Positions 39,295-43,505 of a stretch of 43,505 bases of DNA are shown piece after piece. Position numbers and translations under genes: made by a program. Under the pieces are notes generated by a model that saw only the letters and a list, made by a program, of their open reading frames with translations, searched no databases and was not told where the DNA came from. Position 1 is the first letter of the stretch. Each line of letters opens with the position of its first letter. Location of the stretch: positions 1 to 43,505 of the forward strand of contig WFTA01000003.1 of assembly GCA_015485715.1 (NCBI GenBank). Direction: 5' to 3'. This stretch comes from Patescibacteria group bacterium. Lineage in GTDB: Bacteria; Patescibacteriota; Patescibacteriia; WFTA01; S139-112.

Positions 39295-41790
39295 CTATAC
39301 AATAGTGACACTGGCTACTTTGTCGTCTGATATTTTAAATTTCATAAGCCTTACTCCTTGAGTTGCTCTTCCCAGAACTGGGATTGATTTTAAGCTTATT
39401 CTTATTACTTGTCCTTTTTGGGATATGATGATAAGATCTCCTTTTTTGCTTTCAAGAATTTTCTCCATGTTGATTATAAAACCTGCTACTAATTTTCCGG
39501 TTTTTGAGGTAATGGATGCTGTTTTAATACCAGAACCTCCTCTGGATTGAATTCTGTAATCTTTTAGTTTACTCATTTTACCAAAACCATTTTCAGATAT
39601 GACTAAGAAAGTGGAGTTTTTTACATCATTTTTTGATACCACTCCCATACCTACCACAAAATCTCCTTTTTTGAGTCTGATACCTCTTACACCCGCAGCC
39701 TGTCTGCCCATGCTTCTTATATTTTTTTCATCGAACATAATAGCCTGTCCGTTGGCTGATACAATCATAACAAGATCTGATTTTTTGACAGTCTCTACCC
39801 ACTTGAGCTCATCTTGATTGTTTAATCTGATGGCAATAAGTCCTGATCTTCTTACATTTTTAAACTGGTCAAAAGATACTTTTTTGACGGTTCCTTCTTT
39901 GGTTACCATTATCAGATATTCTTTAGCAGCGTTTTTACTAACAGTGAGTATGGAGGTTGGATATTCATTGGGATCAAGTTGGAGAAAGTTTACGATAGCC
40001 TGTCCTTTGGCGGTTCTTGATGATACTGGTATTTCATATGCCTTTATTTGAAAAACCCTTCCTCTATTAGTAAAAAAGAGCACATCTTTGTGAGTTGTTG
40101 TTGATATAAAATGGCTTACTGTGTCTTCCTCATTGGTAGTCAGACCTATGATGCCTTTTCCTCCTCTGGTTTGTGTTTTGAATGTATCAGGTGATAGCCT
40201 TTTTATGTATCCATCTTTAGTCATGATTATAATGGTATTTTCATCAGGGATAAGATCTTCCTGACTGAATTTATCAACAGGCTGAGAAAATACTTTGGTC
40301 CTTCTTTCATCGCCGTATTTTTCTTTTATTTCCTGAAGTTCTTCTTTGATAACTTCATTCATCTTTTTTTGACTTTTAAGCAAGCCTTCAAGATATTTGA
40401 TATATTTTCTTTTTTCTTTGAGTTCTGTTTCTATTTTTAATCTTTCCAAACTTGCAAGTTGTCTGAGTTTCATCTCCAATATGGCCTGAGCTTGAAGTTC
40501 CGTAAGTTTGAATTTCTTAACAAGTTTTGCTTTGGCATCATCATTGTCTTTTGCAGATTTAATAGTCTTAATCACTGCATCTATTTTGTTTAGTGCCAGC
40601 ATTAATCCTTCCAAAATATGGGCCCTTTCTTTGGCTTTTTGAAGCTCGTACTCTGATCTTCTTTTGATAACTGTCTGTCTGTGTTTGATAAACTCAAAAA
40701 GTATTGATTTTAAGTCCAATACTTGCGGTTTGATCCCGTCAACAAGAGCAACCATATTGAAGTTAAAAGTATCCTGAAGCTGGGTGTATTTATACAGTTG
40801 ATTAAGGATTTTTTTAGGATATGCTCCTTTTTTGAGTTCTATTACAATCCTCATTCCTTCCCTGTCAGATTCATCTCTGAGGTCTTTGATGTGGTCTATC
40901 TTTTTGTTTTTTACGAGTTCAGCAATTTTTTCAAGCAGGGTAGCTTTGTTTACTTGATATGGAAGTTCTGTTATAACGATATCATATTCTCCTTTTTTGT
41001 TTTTTCTTTCTACAATTTCAGATACAGCTCTCATTACAATCCTGCCTCTCCCAGTAGAATATGCCTCCTTAATAGCCTCAACATCAAATATGTGCCCGCC
41101 TGTTGGAAAGTCAGGACCTTGAATATATTTCATAAGATCATCTACCAGAGCTGTGGGATTGTCAATAAGGAAGCAGATTGCATCCACAACCTCGACTAGA
41201 TTATGGGGTGGTATGTTGGTTGCCATTCCAACTGCAATACCCACTGTTCCATTAATAAGCAATTGTGGTATTTTAGCAGGCAGAACTTTTGGCTCTTTTT
41301 GAGTCGCATCATAATTAGGAGAAAAATCAACTGTATCTTTTTCAATATCAGCAAGCATTTCCTCTGCCAAAGGCATTAGCTTTACTTCTGTATATCTCAT
41401 GGCAGCAGCACTATCGCCATCTATAGATCCGAAGTTTCCCTGCCCCCATACCAGAGGATAGCGCATATTGAAATTCTGTGCCATTCTGACCAAAGAGTCG
41501 TATATAGCTGCATCTCCGTGAGGATGATACTTGGCCATTACCTGCCCTACAACTGTTGCTGATTTCCTGAATTTTGCATTTGACCTGAGACCTATCTCCC
41601 ACATGGAGTAGAGTATTCTTCTGTGTACAGGCTTGAGGCCGTCTCTTACATCAGGAAGTGCACGCGATACTATAACTGACATCGCATAGTCAAGATATGA
41701 TTTTTCCATTTCTTCTACAATTGGAACGAATTCAACTTTTCCTATATTATTATCTTCAGTTGTTGTCTGTTCTTGTTTCTTTTTAGCCAT
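39295..41790 (-). CDS. gyrA: DNA gyrase subunit A
   Basis: [30 protein letters not shown], GyrA-box QTRGGKG. Start set at ATG 41790. Confidence 0.97.
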   Translation of the reverse strand: MAKKKQEQTTTEDNNIGKVEFVPIVEEMEKSYLDYAMSVIVSRALPDVRDGLKPVHRRILYSMWEIGLRSNAKFRKSATVVGQVMAKYHPHGDAAIYDSLVRMAQNFNMRYPLVWGQGNFGSIDGDSAAAMRYTEVKLMPLAEEMLADIEKDTVDFSPNYDATQKEPKVLPAKIPQLLINGTVGIAVGMATNIPPHNLVEVVDAICFLIDNPTALVDDLMKYIQGPDFPTGGHIFDVEAIKEAYSTGRGRIVMRAVSEIVERKNKKGEYDIVITELPYQVNKATLLEKIAELVKNKKIDHIKDLRDESDREGMRIVIELKKGAYPKKILNQLYKYTQLQDTFNFNMVALVDGIKPQVLDLKSILFEFIKHRQTVIKRRSEYELQKAKERAHILEGLMLALNKIDAVIKTIKSAKDNDDAKAKLVKKFKLTELQAQAILEMKLRQLASLERLKIETELKEKRKYIKYLEGLLKSQKKMNEVIKEELQEIKEKYGDERRTKVFSQPVDKFSQEDLIPDENTIIIMTKDGYIKRLSPDTFKTQTRGGKGIIGLTTNEEDTVSHFISTTTHKDVLFFTNRGRVFQIKAYEIPVSSRTAKGQAIVNFLQLDPNEYPTSILTVSKNAAKEYLIMVTKEGTVKKVSFDQFKNVRRSGLIAIRLNNQDELKWVETVKKSDLVMIVSANGQAIMFDEKNIRSMGRQAAGVRGIRLKKGDFVVGMGVVSKNDVKNSTFLVISENGFGKMSKLKDYRIQSRGGSGIKTASITSKTGKLVAGFIINMEKILESKKGDLIIISQKGQVIRISLKSIPVLGRATQGVRLMKFKISDDKVASVTIV

Positions 41791-41828
41791 AGGTTTTATT
41801 GTATATTTTTTAATTATAATTTGCAATA

Positions 41829-42245
41829 TCAATTTGATGGATTTGTAGAGGTTGGTGTTGTTGTGGAAATTTGTTCTCCTATTTTTTCTATTAGTGTATT
41901 GATAATTGTTGTGGTTGGTGTTGTTGTGGCTTGCTCTGTATTTACTACAGTAATAGTTGTTTTCTTGATTTGTTGTGCTTTTTGGATGACTTTGTTTAAT
42001 TGTTTTTTAATTGTTTTTATTTCATTCTCAGCATCGATAATTTTAAATGACTGGGAATCACTGCGAATTTTTTTGATATTAATTAATATATCCCATGCAG
42101 CAATCACTGATGTTAAAACAACAGCAATTATTATAAATATTGTAAGATATCTATGCTTTGCTGCACTGGTTTGTCTGGATATGGGGTGACGAGATTTTGG
42201 GGTTTTTTGATTTTTTAATTTTTTTATAGAATCAATATCAGTCAT
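41829..42245 (-). CDS. Hypothetical single-TM protein with Thr-rich tail
   Basis: Basic N-terminus, one TM helix, coiled segment, TTTPT repeats. Confidence 0.7.
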   Translation of the reverse strand: MTDIDSIKKLKNQKTPKSRHPISRQTSAAKHRYLTIFIIIAVVLTSVIAAWDILINIKKIRSDSQSFKIIDAENEIKTIKKQLNKVIQKAQQIKKTTITVVNTEQATTTPTTTIINTLIEKIGEQISTTTPTSTNPSN

Positions 42246-42300
42246 ATTTATTTGTAAATTACATATTAATTTTAGCATAATTTATTATATATTAAAAAGC

Positions 42301-42360
42301 TTGACAAAATAGGAAAAATAGTGTATACTTAAGATAGTATACTGGAATAGTGGTATACTT
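42301..42360 (+). promoter_or_regulatory. Sigma70 promoter with three ATAG..GTATACT direct repeats
   Basis: TTGACA-17 nt-TATACT; GTATACT at 42323, 42337 and 42353. Confidence 0.7.
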
Positions 42361-42497
42361 TAAAAACACTAAAATAAAACAAAAATAAAAACAAAAATGA
42401 TGTCAACAAATATACAATTTATATATTTGTTATCAAAATATACCCATTTTTTGGGTATTTTTTTATTTATATAATTAATTTGTATATTATACGAACT

Positions 42498-42914
42498 ATG
42501 ATAGCAGGATATTATAGAATTAGCGATATATTAAAGAGAATAGACAGAAACAAAACTACTCTGCTTAGATGGGAAGAGATGGGTCTTATCCCAAAAGCAC
42601 GACGCGATTCACGCGGCTGGAGATATTACACTGCTGAAGAAGTTGAATATATAGTACGTCTTGTAAAGGAGACTAATTATTTCCAAGACATATTACACAC
42701 AAACAGAACTGATGCTGCAGATTTGGATCAATATCACAATAGCAAACCAAATCCGCCATCAAAAGATATTCCAGATAATGAGTGGGATAACAGTGGTGAT
42801 CTGGCAGCTTCAACTGCTTCCAATGGTCAGGACACTGCAAATGAGAATACACAAAATCCGCAGGACAAGGTTTTGATTTCTCAGTTGACCAAGAATAATG
42901 ATTTGTATATATGA
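42498..42914 (+). CDS. MerR-type HTH DNA-binding protein with disordered C-terminus
   Basis: [42 protein letters not shown] at 42498. Confidence 0.85.
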   Translation: MIAGYYRISDILKRIDRNKTTLLRWEEMGLIPKARRDSRGWRYYTAEEVEYIVRLVKETNYFQDILHTNRTDAADLDQYHNSKPNPPSKDIPDNEWDNSGDLAASTASNGQDTANENTQNPQDKVLISQLTKNNDLYI

Positions 42915-43505
42915 GAAGCCATATTTCCAAATACAGCAGAGTTTATATGTTTGGGTTTATTGTTGTGGTGAGTTTTGCTGTTCTAATTTTAAATATTGTA
43001 GAGTTAAATAATTATATTTTAAATCCGTCCAAGGAAGCAGCGCAAAAAAGAGAGGAAGCCTTAGAGACAGCAGAACAGATAGAAGATTTTCAAATTGAAT
43101 ATCAGAAGAGTCTTGATACAGATCAGGATGGATTATCTGATTTTGAGGAGCTAAATATTTACAATACATCACCTTATCTTCCTGACACAGATTCAGATGG
43201 TATATCAGATAAGGAAGAAATAGATCAGGGAACAGATCCTAATTGTCCCAAAGGAGAAAATTGTGATGTGGCTGTTCCTGAAGATGGCAGTGAAGAAGAA
43301 ATTTTTAGTGATATAAAGCCTGATGATGGCGCACAATTTGATAATCCTTTTGCCGGAATGGATCTGGAAAATCCTGATCCACAGAGATTAAGAGAGATAC
43401 TGCTTGATACAGGACAACTTACCAAAGAGCAGCTTGATCAGGTAGATGACGCTACCTTGTTGGAGATATACAGACAGGTTATAGAGGAAGTAGATCAAAA
43501 TGTAA
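42911..43505 (+). CDS. Membrane-anchored protein with bacterial TSP3-like Ca-binding repeats (runs off the window; absent from ORF track)
   Basis: Manual translation from ATG 42911 (ATGA overlap): TM helix, [41 protein letters not shown]; no stop before the window end. Confidence 0.85.
   Translation, partial: MRSHISKYSRVYMFGFIVVVSFAVLILNIVELNNYILNPSKEAAQKREEALETAEQIEDFQIEYQKSLDTDQDGLSDFEELNIYNTSPYLPDTDSDGISDKEEIDQGTDPNCPKGENCDVAVPEDGSEEEIFSDIKPDDGAQFDNPFAGMDLENPDPQRLREILLDTGQLTKEQLDQVDDATLLEIYRQVIEEVDQNV

Overview
AT-rich, CpG-poor bacterial chromosome segment using the standard genetic code (TGA is a stop). Gene content and protein families point to Patescibacteria/CPR, probably Parcubacteria/ABY1-like (inference). 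The housekeeping backbone comprises Gld-type ABC genes, pyrD, dsbA-like, rplY, prfA-prmC, uvrA, a beta-CASP RNase, ligA, trmH-like, rpmF-nusB(+NUDIX)-rnc and gyrA. It surrounds a ~12 kb copper/thiol-redox region (13.85-25.8 kb): CsoR with a textbook operator, DUF411, Cys/Met/His-rich membrane proteins, rhodanese, CcdA-like, thioredoxin-like, DUF302, an ECF sigma/DUF5667 pair, a CopB-type ATPase and cytochrome b5. A second ECF/DUF5667 pair precedes a 1223-aa S-layer-like protein. Best candidates for new biology: (1) a catalytically degenerate Xer-family recombinase with a triple-CxC insert, 3 nt downstream of copB, whose predicted promoter carries Xer/dif-like arms, suggesting a recombinase domesticated into a metal-sensing regulator; (2) an intergenic AAAGGTCG motif found five times, always sense and upstream of genes, twice inside a highly structured leader; (3) a modular family of intergenic repeats and hairpins. 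No rRNA, tRNA or CRISPR array was seen. All family assignments come from motif recognition by eye, not database searches.
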